Shown: positions 27,805 to 37,023 of the stretch, piece after piece
How the letters are laid out: the number at the start of each line of letters is the position of its first letter
Position numbering within the stretch: position 1 is the stretch's first letter
Assembly (NCBI GenBank): GCA_039208735.1
Contig: JBCCQY010000040.1
Coordinates: forward strand, 1 to 64,000
Direction of reading: 5' to 3'
DNA length: 64,000 bases
Source: Myxococcota bacterium
Lineage (GTDB): Bacteria > Myxococcota_A > UBA796 > GCA-2862545
Translations under genes and position numbers: made by a program
Notes under the pieces: model-generated
Database searches by the model: none
Told to the model about the DNA's origin: nothing
What the model saw: the letters and a program-made list of their open reading frames with translations, nothing else

Positions 27805-30006
27805 GTGCTAGATTCGGAACTGGAGGGTGGGTTGGATCACTCCTGGGGATACGGCAGCGAGCAACGCCTTCGCGAGGAGAATCAGGACTGCTACGGCGTC
27901 TTCGAACTTCCTAGCTACACCCTTGCGGTGGTGTGCGATGGGATGGGCGGGCACGTGGGCGGCGCCCAGGCGTCGAGCCTCGCCGTGCGCACCATCCATG
28001 ACACGCTTCAAGAGATGCAAGGCCGCGACATCATCGAAGCCATGCAAGAAGCGATCGAGCGCACCAACCTGGTGATCTACGAGGCGGCGCGTAAGAACCA
28101 TCGCTTGATGGGCATGGGCACCACGGTGGTCGTCGCGGTGATCGTAAACGATACGTGCTACCTCGCCCATGTGGGTGATTCGCGCGCCTATATGGTACGG
28201 CGCGGGCAGGTTCAGCAACTCACGCGCGACCACACCATGGTCAACCTCTTCGTGGACGCCGAATTGCTGTCGCCCGAAGATGCGGCCACCCACCCTGAAG
28301 CGCACGTGTTGTCTCGCTCGCTCGGGGTTGAGCGGCAGGTCGAGGTCGAGATCGGGTCTCCGATGCAGCTCGAGCCTGGCGACATCGTGTTCCTGTGTTC
28401 CGACGGCGTCCATGGCGTCGTGACGGACTGGGAGCTGGCGAGTGTCGAGTGGGGCGCTCCCCATCAGGGTGTGGGGCACGTGCTCGACATCGTGGGCTCG
28501 CGAGATGGCGACGACAACGCGACGGCGGTGGCCGTGCTCATGGGCACCTCGTTCGAGGATGTGCCACCGACTCCGCTGCCCGAGCCGCGCCGGTTCGATG
28601 AAGCGCCCGCTGCGTCAGGCGGGATCACTGCGGTGCCCGCCGAAGAGGACCGCACCTATGATTCCGGCGCGCCCATCGTCGACGCGGACGCCAACAACTA
28701 CATCGTCTACGAAGACCAGCAGCCGGGCTACCAGGAGCCTCCGCTCCCGCCGCCGCCCATGCAACAGCAACAGCGGCCGCCTACCCAGGTCGCCCCCACC
28801 CCGAATTTCTCGGAGGGGCGCGGTTCGGGCTCTGCCGCCGCGCAAGTGCGGAAGCGCTCACGGATGTGGCTCGCCGTGATTCCGGTGGTCATGGCGCTGG
28901 TGTTGCTCTTCGTCGCGGTGGCCGGCGTCGTGGTCCTGATGTTGCCCTCCAGCGACACCGTGGCTGAACTCGATCAGGACGGTCCGTTCATTCCCCTCGG
29001 CGCGGAGCCGGTCCAAGATGGGGTCGCGAACGCAGGTCAAGCGGCCAAGGCGGCCGTGGCGGGCACCCGCGAAGTGGGCGAATTGGCCGAGGTCATGCCG
29101 CCGACGGAAGGCGAGCCGCCTCCGCCCCTGTTTGACCCCGATCTTCCGCCGCCTCCACGGCGGCTGCCGCTTCGTCCCACCCGCTACACCCAGCCGCCTC
29201 CCGGTGGCCCGCTGCAGTTCGAAGCCGTCAATGCGGCCCGCCGCAGGGATTGCCCCACGGCCATGGCCGCCGTTCAAAAGGGCATGGAAGAGGTCAGCAT
29301 CGACCACGCCACGCTCTACCGCGGCACGTGGCTGTGCTTCAACGAGGCCCATCAGCGCAAGCTTGAGCAGGCTCAGTCGCAAACGTGGGCCGATTTTGCC
29401 TACGAACTCGAACACTTCGAAGGCACGCCCGAGGCCATGCAGCAGGCGACCGAAGAAGACGCCAATCGGCGGCGTTTCCCGCGTTGGTATCGTGATCCGG
29501 TGGGCGGCATTGAGTTCCGGTTGAAGAACTACACCGACGATGAGCAGATGGTTGACGTGCTGACGGACTTGTTCGGTGAAGCGACCGTCGCGGACCACCT
29601 TGCCAAGGACGTTCATATGGAGGCGCTCGCTGCGGTCGGCCTGTCCCGTGTCGCCCCGAAGGAGCGGACCTACGCCCTCATCGACGCCTGGTCACGGCGC
29701 GTCTACGTGACCGCATGGGCCTTGCGGCAACGCCCAGGTCGAAGCTTAGATGCGCACCGAAAGGAGTTGATGCCCGAGCTTCGCCGGTTGCTCGACGAAG
29801 CGACCCAGCCGCCTCCCGGTACCAAATGGAAGGTGCCAAAGTCGGTGCTACAGGCGCGCCAGGTAGGCGAAGGCAATGCGCCGCCTCCCGTCATCATCCG
29901 CAAAAAGGTCTCACGCGTCACGGATGAAGAGCGGATCCAACAGCAGATTGCCAAAGAGCTGTCTCGGTACGGCACCGAGAACGTGAAGGTCAACAAGTAC
30001 GAATAG
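27805..30006 (+). CDS. PP2C/Stp1-type Ser/Thr phosphatase with TM helix and extracytoplasmic domain
   Basis: REENQD, VCDGMGG, MGTT, HVGDSRAY, LCSDG, GDDNAT, then a Pro-rich linker and a TM helix. Confidence 0.92.
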   Translation: MLDSELEGGLDHSWGYGSEQRLREENQDCYGVFELPSYTLAVVCDGMGGHVGGAQASSLAVRTIHDTLQEMQGRDIIEAMQEAIERTNLVIYEAARKNHRLMGMGTTVVVAVIVNDTCYLAHVGDSRAYMVRRGQVQQLTRDHTMVNLFVDAELLSPEDAATHPEAHVLSRSLGVERQVEVEIGSPMQLEPGDIVFLCSDGVHGVVTDWELASVEWGAPHQGVGHVLDIVGSRDGDDNATAVAVLMGTSFEDVPPTPLPEPRRFDEAPAASGGITAVPAEEDRTYDSGAPIVDADANNYIVYEDQQPGYQEPPLPPPPMQQQQRPPTQVAPTPNFSEGRGSGSAAAQVRKRSRMWLAVIPVVMALVLLFVAVAGVVVLMLPSSDTVAELDQDGPFIPLGAEPVQDGVANAGQAAKAAVAGTREVGELAEVMPPTEGEPPPPLFDPDLPPPPRRLPLRPTRYTQPPPGGPLQFEAVNAARRRDCPTAMAAVQKGMEEVSIDHATLYRGTWLCFNEAHQRKLEQAQSQTWADFAYELEHFEGTPEAMQQATEEDANRRRFPRWYRDPVGGIEFRLKNYTDDEQMVDVLTDLFGEATVADHLAKDVHMEALAAVGLSRVAPKERTYALIDAWSRRVYVTAWALRQRPGRSLDAHRKELMPELRRLLDEATQPPPGTKWKVPKSVLQARQVGEGNAPPPVIIRKKVSRVTDEERIQQQIAKELSRYGTENVKVNKYE

Positions 30007-30091
30007 CCGAGACACATCGGGGCACCTCGACGCTGGCGCCCCGAGCGAGATCGCGCGACAACATTAGAGTCCCCCTTCACGCGAGGCTCTT

Positions 30092-31387
30092 GTGAAACGC
30101 TGGCAATTGACCCTAATGCTCGGCGGCCTCGCACCGATCGCTGCCGTCTTCGCACCCGTGTTGATGGGTTCGATGACGGTCCGCCCGGAGCTACCGCCCG
30201 CCGTAGCCGGCGAACTCCATCTGTCGGCCGGGCTGGATCGGTCGGCGACCCTGATCGGAGGCCCGCGAGAGCGACATCTCGTCGTCGACATCGTGGCTCC
30301 CGCCCCTTCCATCTCCAAGGCGGACACCGGAGACCTCGTGGTGGTCCTCGACGCCAGCGGATCGATGTGGGCGAAGTCAAAAATGGTCCACGCGAAAGAG
30401 GCGGTGCGTGAACTGTGGCGCGCGTCGCCCTCGGGTACCGACCTCGCGCTCGTGGTGTTCAACGATGATGCTGCGGTGGCGGTCCCCCCTGGGGTTCCCA
30501 TTTCGGAGCTTGAGCCGTTGCTCAACGCCGTTCAAGAGTACGGAGGCACCAACCTCTACGCGGGGCTTCGCGTTGGCCGGCAGGTCCTCAGCTCCATGCG
30601 CACCGGTAACGAGCCAGGCCAGATCGTCGTCGTCTCGGACGGGCAGGCGAACGTGGGGGTGACCGATGCAACGGCCTTCGATCGCCTGGTCGAGACCATG
30701 GCGCACGATGGGGTGACCGTCTCGGCGTGGGGGCTGGGTCCTGACGCCGATGTGGACGGTCTCGCCCGGCTGGCCGAGGTCGGGGGTGGCGACTCCGGCG
30801 TTCTTTCAGACGCTCAGACGCTCGTGGATCGGCTCCCTGCCGCCCACGCGCATGGGGGCGCGGTGGTGGCTCGCGATTTAGACGTCACCGTAAAGCCGTT
30901 CCCCGGGGCTAAGTTCGTGGGCTGGACGAGTCCTGATGCTGACGCCACGGATGGGGTCGCCCACCCGCGGGCCCTCCGAGCTGGAGAGGCTCGCACCGTG
31001 GTCGCGGACCTCCTCGTTGACGCGGCACTTGGTGACCACACGCTCCTCATTGAGTTGCAGTACACCGACCACCAAGGCGTTCGACGGCACCAACCCACGT
31101 GGGCCACGGTGAACAGCGTGGAGCGGTCTTGGGAAGTCGAGGCCTCTGTCGACCGTCCGCGGACCGAGGCCGCCACTCGCCACCGGGCCGCCCGGACCCT
31201 GACCGATGGATTGCGAGCCGGCGACAACCCCCAAACCCTCGCGACGGATGCCGCCGACCAGCTTCGATCGATAGCAGATCGCGAGAACCTGCCGGGGCTC
31301 GTCGACCATGCCGCTCGACTTGACGATCGGCCCTCCACGGACACCGCCTTGTTCCTTCAGGAGCGAATTCGTGACCTCCTCCGGTAG
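30092..31387 (+). CDS. Membrane-anchored/secreted VWA-domain protein
   Basis: VVLDASGSM MIDAS motif, GGTNL, VSDGQAN. Hydrophobic N-terminus. Confidence 0.88.
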   Translation: MKRWQLTLMLGGLAPIAAVFAPVLMGSMTVRPELPPAVAGELHLSAGLDRSATLIGGPRERHLVVDIVAPAPSISKADTGDLVVVLDASGSMWAKSKMVHAKEAVRELWRASPSGTDLALVVFNDDAAVAVPPGVPISELEPLLNAVQEYGGTNLYAGLRVGRQVLSSMRTGNEPGQIVVVSDGQANVGVTDATAFDRLVETMAHDGVTVSAWGLGPDADVDGLARLAEVGGGDSGVLSDAQTLVDRLPAAHAHGGAVVARDLDVTVKPFPGAKFVGWTSPDADATDGVAHPRALRAGEARTVVADLLVDAALGDHTLLIELQYTDHQGVRRHQPTWATVNSVERSWEVEASVDRPRTEAATRHRAARTLTDGLRAGDNPQTLATDAADQLRSIADRENLPGLVDHAARLDDRPSTDTALFLQERIRDLLR

Positions 31388-32462
31388 TCTTCAGCCAACC
31401 ACGCGGTCTGAACTCGCGCTTGGACCAAGCGAACGGGCCCTCCAGCAGCTGCCTCGGCATCAAGGCTTGTGGATTGGCGGCAGCATCCTCACCATGTTGC
31501 TCGTCGCGTCGTTGACCCCGTTGTGGTTGGCTCAACCCGATGTGGCGTTGACGCTGGCCATCGCAGGCGGCGCATCGGTCGTCAATCCACGCAAGCTGTG
31601 GGCCGCGCCGCTTGTGGGGGTGGGCGTGGTCCTCGCGGGCTTGATGTTCACGTTCTTCCAACTTCCGGCTGTGATCGGGGCTGGCGCCGCGGCCGGCGCT
31701 TTCGCAACGTGGTTGTTGCCTCGACCGACGGACTGGCTCGACCGCATTCATGGCGCCCTTGGCGGCCTCGCGGGCAGCTCCCTCGGGCTGTGGGCTGCGG
31801 TGAGCTTGATTCCGTCTTCGTGGCCCACGTGGATTACGGCGGTAGCCACCGCCGGCATCGTGGGCCTCATCGGAAGCCAGGGCCTGCTGCCCTCGGCGCT
31901 GCGCTTCGATGACGAGCCTCGGTTGCCCACCGTCCGCGACATTCAACGCGAGCTTCGTTCCACCTACCGCCCAGCCGTGTTCAAGGCGCTGGAACTGTAT
32001 CGGTCCACCCTCAAGCAATCGCCGGACCCCGAGACGCGCCGAGGCATGGCCGAAGTCGCCGTTTGGGTGTTTCGTCTCCAGGTCACCCTGCAGACCCTCG
32101 ACCAAGAACTCGGGCAGATCGACCCCGTTCGGACCCAGCAGCGCATCGACCAGTACCGCGATCTGCCGGAAGACACCGATGAGTTCACCCGCAAGCAGCG
32201 GCGGGCCACCGCAGACCACCTCGAGCGCCTGCTTGAGCATCGCAAAGTGATCGCGGTGGAGCGTGACCGGAGCGAAGCGCTCGTCGACTATGCACTCGCC
32301 TTCCTTGAAGAGGCTCGAGCGGGGCTTGCGGTCGCGCGAGAATTGCCCGGCGAAACCACACCCGATCGCCTTCCCGAAGTGCTACATCGGCTCCGAGATC
32401 AGGCCCGCGAAGGCGATGCGCGACGTCGCACCGCGCGCGAAATCGAGGGGCTTTCCACGTAG
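31371..32462 (+). CDS. Hypothetical multi-pass membrane protein with C-terminal coiled-coil domain
   Basis: About 6 TM helices followed by a charged helical region. AGGAG precedes GTG 31371, which overlaps the VWA 3' end. Confidence 0.75.
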   Translation: MTSSGSLQPTTRSELALGPSERALQQLPRHQGLWIGGSILTMLLVASLTPLWLAQPDVALTLAIAGGASVVNPRKLWAAPLVGVGVVLAGLMFTFFQLPAVIGAGAAAGAFATWLLPRPTDWLDRIHGALGGLAGSSLGLWAAVSLIPSSWPTWITAVATAGIVGLIGSQGLLPSALRFDDEPRLPTVRDIQRELRSTYRPAVFKALELYRSTLKQSPDPETRRGMAEVAVWVFRLQVTLQTLDQELGQIDPVRTQQRIDQYRDLPEDTDEFTRKQRRATADHLERLLEHRKVIAVERDRSEALVDYALAFLEEARAGLAVARELPGETTPDRLPEVLHRLRDQAREGDARRRTAREIEGLST

Positions 32463-32465
32463 TTT

Positions 32466-33320
32466 TCAACCTACGTCGAGCGTGACCCCCTCACGCGCGA
32501 GCACCACCGCAGGCTCTGTCGCCGTTGCCCAATGGGCCTCGAGTTCGTCGAGGTCTTCATCCGTGGCATCGGGAAGGTGGTGGAACAGGACGAGCCGCTT
32601 CACCCCGGCGGCCCGACAGATGGCGTGGGCGTATTCGGGGTAGCTGTGCCCCCACGTCATCTTCTCGAGGTACTCCTCGCGGTCGTACATCGTGTCGTAG
32701 ATGACCAGATCACACGCCGACAAGAAGTCGAGAACGCGTTCCTCGGCCCGAACCGGATCTTCTCCCGCACAGACCCCTTCGCCAGGGCGCGCAAACGGCG
32801 CGGTATCGGTCATGTACGCGATGCGCTGATCTGCAGCCTCCACCCGATAGCCCAAGGAACCACCCGGATGGTTGAGCGAGAGGGCGTGAACCAAGAACGG
32901 CCCGCTACTGAAACTCCGGCCCGAGCGCATGGCCCGAAAAGACAGGTTCGCAGGAACTTCCCGCAACCGGGTGGGATGGTAGATCCCGTTTACGAATCGG
33001 CTGAGCTTTTCGCGGGCTTCATCTTCGGAAAACGCAGGCAGCGAGATCCGTACGTCGTAGCCTGGCGTGTAGATCGGCAGGAAGAACGGGAACCCGAAGA
33101 CGTGATCGAGATGGAAGTGGGTGATGCACAGGTCCAATTCTCGAGCTCGACGACCGACAAGGGCGTGGCCAAGCTGTCGGGCACCCGTTCCACAATCGAG
33201 GATCAGGGGAGGTGCGGCACCGTGACTGACCTCGATGCAGGAGGAGTTGCCTCCCCACCGAGACGTCTCCGGACCCGGGGTCGGGATGGACCCACGAACG
33301 CCCCAGAAGGTAACTCTCAT
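32466..33320 (-). CDS. MBL-fold metallo-hydrolase
   Basis: MRVTFWGVRGSIP, DCGTG, THFHLDH, HPGG, WGHS, LFHH. Confidence 0.92.
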   Translation of the reverse strand: MRVTFWGVRGSIPTPGPETSRWGGNSSCIEVSHGAAPPLILDCGTGARQLGHALVGRRARELDLCITHFHLDHVFGFPFFLPIYTPGYDVRISLPAFSEDEAREKLSRFVNGIYHPTRLREVPANLSFRAMRSGRSFSSGPFLVHALSLNHPGGSLGYRVEAADQRIAYMTDTAPFARPGEGVCAGEDPVRAEERVLDFLSACDLVIYDTMYDREEYLEKMTWGHSYPEYAHAICRAAGVKRLVLFHHLPDATDEDLDELEAHWATATEPAVVLAREGVTLDVG

Positions 33321-33408
33321 CGGCGCTGACCTGCGCAGCATCGGTGCATCAAGGACACATCGATACCCTACCCTTCAGAAGGCGTCATCGTCGGAAAAAG
33401 TAGGAAGG

Positions 33409-33485
<77 letters not shown>

Positions 33486-33583
33486 GCATGCCCATCGCTT
33501 CGGATGTTCAACACGAATGTGTCAACCCATCTTTGACGCGGGACGTAGAGGACGTATCCCCTGCGTCGCTGTCGTCAAGCCGG

Positions 33584-34102
33584 TCAGGACTTGCCAAGAA
33601 TCCAGCCATGGAGTGCAGGCAGGACCTCGTCCGACCAGATGTCGGAGGTTCGTACTCGAGCGAACTCCCGAAATAGGCCTTCGATGATGAAACAGAGTTC
33701 CTCGTACAGGTGAATCCGATCGTAGAGAACCTCTTCCCCACCATCCGCCACGACCTGCGGAAGCTTGACCGCATGCAGGTGCGCCGCGGGTCCCTTGAGG
33801 GTGGCCAAGAACTCGCGCTCATCACGGCGAATCCCTACCCGCATCTCCTGCAACACCTTGCCACCGGCCAGCGCGGCTCGCGCCTCTAGCGTCGCGGCGG
33901 GGTTGTCGCCCGTCATGACCGCGATGAGCTTCGTGTCATCGGGCGTTCGAAACGCGAGTCGCTCGTCGACCCACAACTCCACCCGACCCACCGGCTCCGC
34001 TAAGTCAAACGTGGCGCCCTGCTGTTCTGAGGCCCACCACAGCCAGGCGTAGAACTCTCCTGCGGTGTGGGGGAGGATCGGTAGCCCTTCGGCCTCACTC
34101 AT
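33584..34102 (-). CDS. RdgC-associated protein (C-terminal half of deltaproteobacterial-type RdgC)
   Basis: GEFYAWLWW, EARAALAGGK, LFREFARVR. GGAGG RBS, and the ATG overlaps the rdgC stop (ATGAGTGA). Confidence 0.7.
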   Translation of the reverse strand: MSEAEGLPILPHTAGEFYAWLWWASEQQGATFDLAEPVGRVELWVDERLAFRTPDDTKLIAVMTGDNPAATLEARAALAGGKVLQEMRVGIRRDEREFLATLKGPAAHLHAVKLPQVVADGGEEVLYDRIHLYEELCFIIEGLFREFARVRTSDIWSDEVLPALHGWILGKS

Positions 34103-34739
34103 CGGTACCTCCAGCCAGGCGGACTTCGGGCCCCCCAATGCGGGCCGGCATGGGCGCTGCCGACAGCATCGAGTCGACCATCGACGCATCATCGAGCCAG
34201 TCCAACGGGGACCAGGGCAGCAGTTTGAATCCAAAGGTCCGGAAAAACCGCTTGCGGAAGCGCTCGGCGATCCCCTCCGACAAAGAGTGAAGCGCCAACC
34301 AACCATGATCGAGATGCCAGGCCGCCTCGGTCACCGAGACGGCGGGCAAGGTGCGCTCAAGCCACTCCTGTTCAAGGGAGTCTTTGAGTTCCGCCGTGAT
34401 CGCATTGGGACACCGCTCGACACCGCGCTCCGCGCACCATTCTTCCTTTCGCTTGTCGAGTGTGGCTTTGAACAATTTGGCGGGCAGACGCTTCTTGTCG
34501 ACCCGAAGGGAGAACAGCGCCACCTCATTGTAGAGCCACCGGTTGAAGTCGTGAAACTCTGCATCGAGAAGGTTGTGGGCCTGAACCCACCCCTCAACCT
34601 CCTCTTTGCCTTGGCCGTGTGGCGGCTCACGGAACGCAAACTCATTCAGTCGCGCTCGAAACGTCTCTCGCCAACCTTCTGGTAGCTCCCCGACCACCCG
34701 AAACCGGGCCACCGTGAGGGCACCGGTAACGATTCCCAT
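34095..34739 (-). CDS. rdgC: Recombination-associated protein RdgC (N-terminal type)
   Basis: GALTVARFRVVG, EGWV, FSLRVDKKRLPA, FFRTFG, resembling RdgC. Confidence 0.75.
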   Translation of the reverse strand: MGIVTGALTVARFRVVGELPEGWRETFRARLNEFAFREPPHGQGKEEVEGWVQAHNLLDAEFHDFNRWLYNEVALFSLRVDKKRLPAKLFKATLDKRKEEWCAERGVERCPNAITAELKDSLEQEWLERTLPAVSVTEAAWHLDHGWLALHSLSEGIAERFRKRFFRTFGFKLLPWSPLDWLDDASMVDSMLSAAPMPARIGGPEVRLAGGTDE

Positions 34740-34766
34740 GTTGTCTCCGCGTTTGGACGAACGCGA

Positions 34767-35546
34767 CTATCGGGTCTGGGAGGTTGCGACGACCAAGTTC
34801 TTCAGCGCATGACGAAACACCGTCACTTCGGCCTGTGAACGAAGCTGGAGTCCGAATTCGTAGCGCGAAAACCAGGTGACCCGACCCCGCAACAGATCGC
34901 CGCCGAGCAAGGTGGCGAAGACTTCCTGCTCTGTGTCGAGGTAGCCGAACAGTCGACGATCCGAACAGCTATACCGATCTTGCGGACGCTCGGCGGGCTC
35001 CACCGCACCCTCGGCGGACTTCTTGCCATCGGAACGAACGCCCTTCTTCACTTTCTTCCACTGCTGCGGATCGTAGGCGTATTTGACCTTGAGCTTGTGC
35101 AGCTCGGTGGTTTCGTCGCCCGACACGAAGGTGAAGGTATACGGCTCGACGGTTCCGACCTCACCACGAAGGGTGCGACCGTTCATCAACGCAAGCGTCA
35201 GCGAAGACCCCGATTCGAGGCACGTCCGATCGCGGTGGTTCTGTCGGTGCTCCGCCAATCGACGGCGGGCCAACACCTGATTGAGATCCGCGTGCCCAAT
35301 CACGATCTGGGTCGCGAGCGCTCGCGACAGCCCGTGCCGATCCATCAGCACCTTCACACGGTCGCGCCGAGCCATACGCTCGAGCGCATCGTTGAGGTCC
35401 ATGCGGCCGTGCGCCACCGCCATGGCCATCTGGTAGGGCATGCCCTGTTCGGTCAACTGCTCCGCGCGCTCCCGAACTCGGGGGGACGTCCGCGTCGACG
35501 CTCTGGATCGTTTGTCTCGCCGCAAACCATCTCTCCCGTCGACCAC
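34767..35546 (-). CDS. Hypothetical protein with two tandem Hfq/Sm-like domains
   Basis: LTLALMNGRTLRGEV...LHK and VFATLLGGDLLRGRV...VFRHAL both resemble Hfq Sm1/Sm2 motifs. Confidence 0.65.
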   Translation of the reverse strand: MVDGRDGLRRDKRSRASTRTSPRVRERAEQLTEQGMPYQMAMAVAHGRMDLNDALERMARRDRVKVLMDRHGLSRALATQIVIGHADLNQVLARRRLAEHRQNHRDRTCLESGSSLTLALMNGRTLRGEVGTVEPYTFTFVSGDETTELHKLKVKYAYDPQQWKKVKKGVRSDGKKSAEGAVEPAERPQDRYSCSDRRLFGYLDTEQEVFATLLGGDLLRGRVTWFSRYEFGLQLRSQAEVTVFRHALKNLVVATSQTR

Positions 35547-35586
35547 GTTGGACTCCCCTCGCTAGCGCTCGCAATGTGCTTGCTGA

Positions 35587-35615
35587 AACGTAAGAATGGG
35601 GCTCTCACCGGTCAA
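35587..35615 (-). promoter_or_regulatory. Putative sigma-70 promoter for the Hfq-like/rdgC operon
   Basis: TTGACC-17 bp-TACGTT on the minus strand, about 40 bp before GTG 35546. Confidence 0.55.
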
Positions 35616-35640
35616 GGAAATCACGGGCGCCTCCACCCGA

Positions 35641-36786
35641 TCAGGGAGACGTCATGAGAGCCCGCGTTGCCCGTTGAAACCAGAGCACGAGGTCTTCGTC
35701 AGCGGGAACGAAAAAGACTCGTGATGGGACCTCGTCACAATGTGGCCCGCCCCACACAAACCAAGCTTCGGATGGACCAAGACGTTCGGGCAAGCCCGGC
35801 GAACTCGGCGCGAATGAAAGCGTGACCCGTGGATCGACCATGGCCCGCACAATGCCGTGCCACTTCGGCGGCATTCCTGCGATGGTGACCGACCGAAACC
35901 CATGTAAAAGCCACTGTTCCCCAAGCTTCCCGACAGATTTTCGGACCACCGCGGCCCCAGGAACGTCCGCGCGATCGGGCGCCACACTGACCGCGGGACC
36001 CGTCAGGCCTTCGGGGATCTCGCCACCGACCAGCACCAGACGTTCGGCAAGGAGCTGCCGGAAGGCCTCGTCCCCTTGGACCGCGAGTTCCCGCACAAAC
36101 GGACCTAGGACATGCCCGTTCGCAAGCGCTCCAAGCGCCCGTTGAACCTCGTCCATCCCGCGAATGCCACGCTCCCGAAAAAGCTCGACCACGTTGGCGG
36201 TCGTGGCCGCGGCCACCTCAGCGCGAAGCTGTTGCTCGGCCACGAAGGCCTTACGCGCCTCTTCAAAGGCCGTCTGTTCAGAGACCAGCAGGGCTTCTCG
36301 TTGGTCCACCGACTCGAGCAGTGCTTCCACCCGCAGAGCCTCGGCTTGAACCTGCGCTTCGCGCGCCTCTACCGCACGCTCCCGACCGTCCAATGACTCT
36401 TGGCGAGCCTTCAACGACGCCTCTTGCCGAGCGACTTCGGTGCGCTGCCGCTGGAGGGCCGACTCCTCTGCCGCCCGCAAGCTGCCGCTTCGTTGGTCGG
36501 GCCGAGTCCGGGTCACCCCAGGAACCAGTTGCGCCATCACATCGTTGCCGGTTGCTGGCGGAGGGCTCGGAGGGCGAGGGCGGCTTCGAGCCGGATCACC
36601 CGCCCGCAGCGCATGAGCCGGCGTCGAAGCGCCGGGGGATTGCGAGAGCACACGGGCCGCGACCGTATCGGAAATCATGTCGTCCGGTGATTGGTAGCGC
36701 TCGAAGCCCAGGGATTTCAGCAACTGTAGGACGTCGCGGGGACTCGTTCTTAGCTCTCTCGCCAACTTGCGGACGCGGATTCCCAC
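35641..36786 (-). CDS. Protein with IF2 N-terminal-like HTH, coiled coil and C-terminal alpha/beta domain
   Basis: IRVRKLARELRTSPRDVLQLLKSLG is IF2_N-like, followed by a heptad region. No GTPase motifs. Confidence 0.7.
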   Translation of the reverse strand: MGIRVRKLARELRTSPRDVLQLLKSLGFERYQSPDDMISDTVAARVLSQSPGASTPAHALRAGDPARSRPRPPSPPPATGNDVMAQLVPGVTRTRPDQRSGSLRAAEESALQRQRTEVARQEASLKARQESLDGRERAVEAREAQVQAEALRVEALLESVDQREALLVSEQTAFEEARKAFVAEQQLRAEVAAATTANVVELFRERGIRGMDEVQRALGALANGHVLGPFVRELAVQGDEAFRQLLAERLVLVGGEIPEGLTGPAVSVAPDRADVPGAAVVRKSVGKLGEQWLLHGFRSVTIAGMPPKWHGIVRAMVDPRVTLSFAPSSPGLPERLGPSEAWFVWGGPHCDEVPSRVFFVPADEDLVLWFQRATRALMTSP

Positions 36787-36807
36787 GCGAAGACTCTCCT
36801 GTCGCGT

Positions 36808-37023
36808 TTATACGGCTGCGACCTGCGTAACCTCGATGGTTCGTCCACCGACCATGCCGAAGCCCATCGCCTCGACCTCTTTGCCCTGTACCGTCACCTT
36901 CTGACCGTCGAGCTTCGTCGGGATGTCGCCCACGAGGGTCAGCGTCTCGCCGCCGTCTAACTCAAGCGTCCAGACGCCCGGACCGAGATCTTGGTGCTTC
37001 AGGGTGCCCTCGAACTTGGACAT
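36808..37023 (-). CDS. Small beta-rich (OB-fold-like) hypothetical protein
   Basis: MSKFEGTL...GVWTLELDGG...GQKVTVQG. TGATG overlap with the S8 stop. Confidence 0.7.
   Translation of the reverse strand: MSKFEGTLKHQDLGPGVWTLELDGGETLTLVGDIPTKLDGQKVTVQGKEVEAMGFGMVGGRTIEVTQVAAV

Noticed and set aside
35641..36786. Calling this gene infB
   Set aside because: Only the N-terminal HTH resembles IF2, and there is no GTPase domain.
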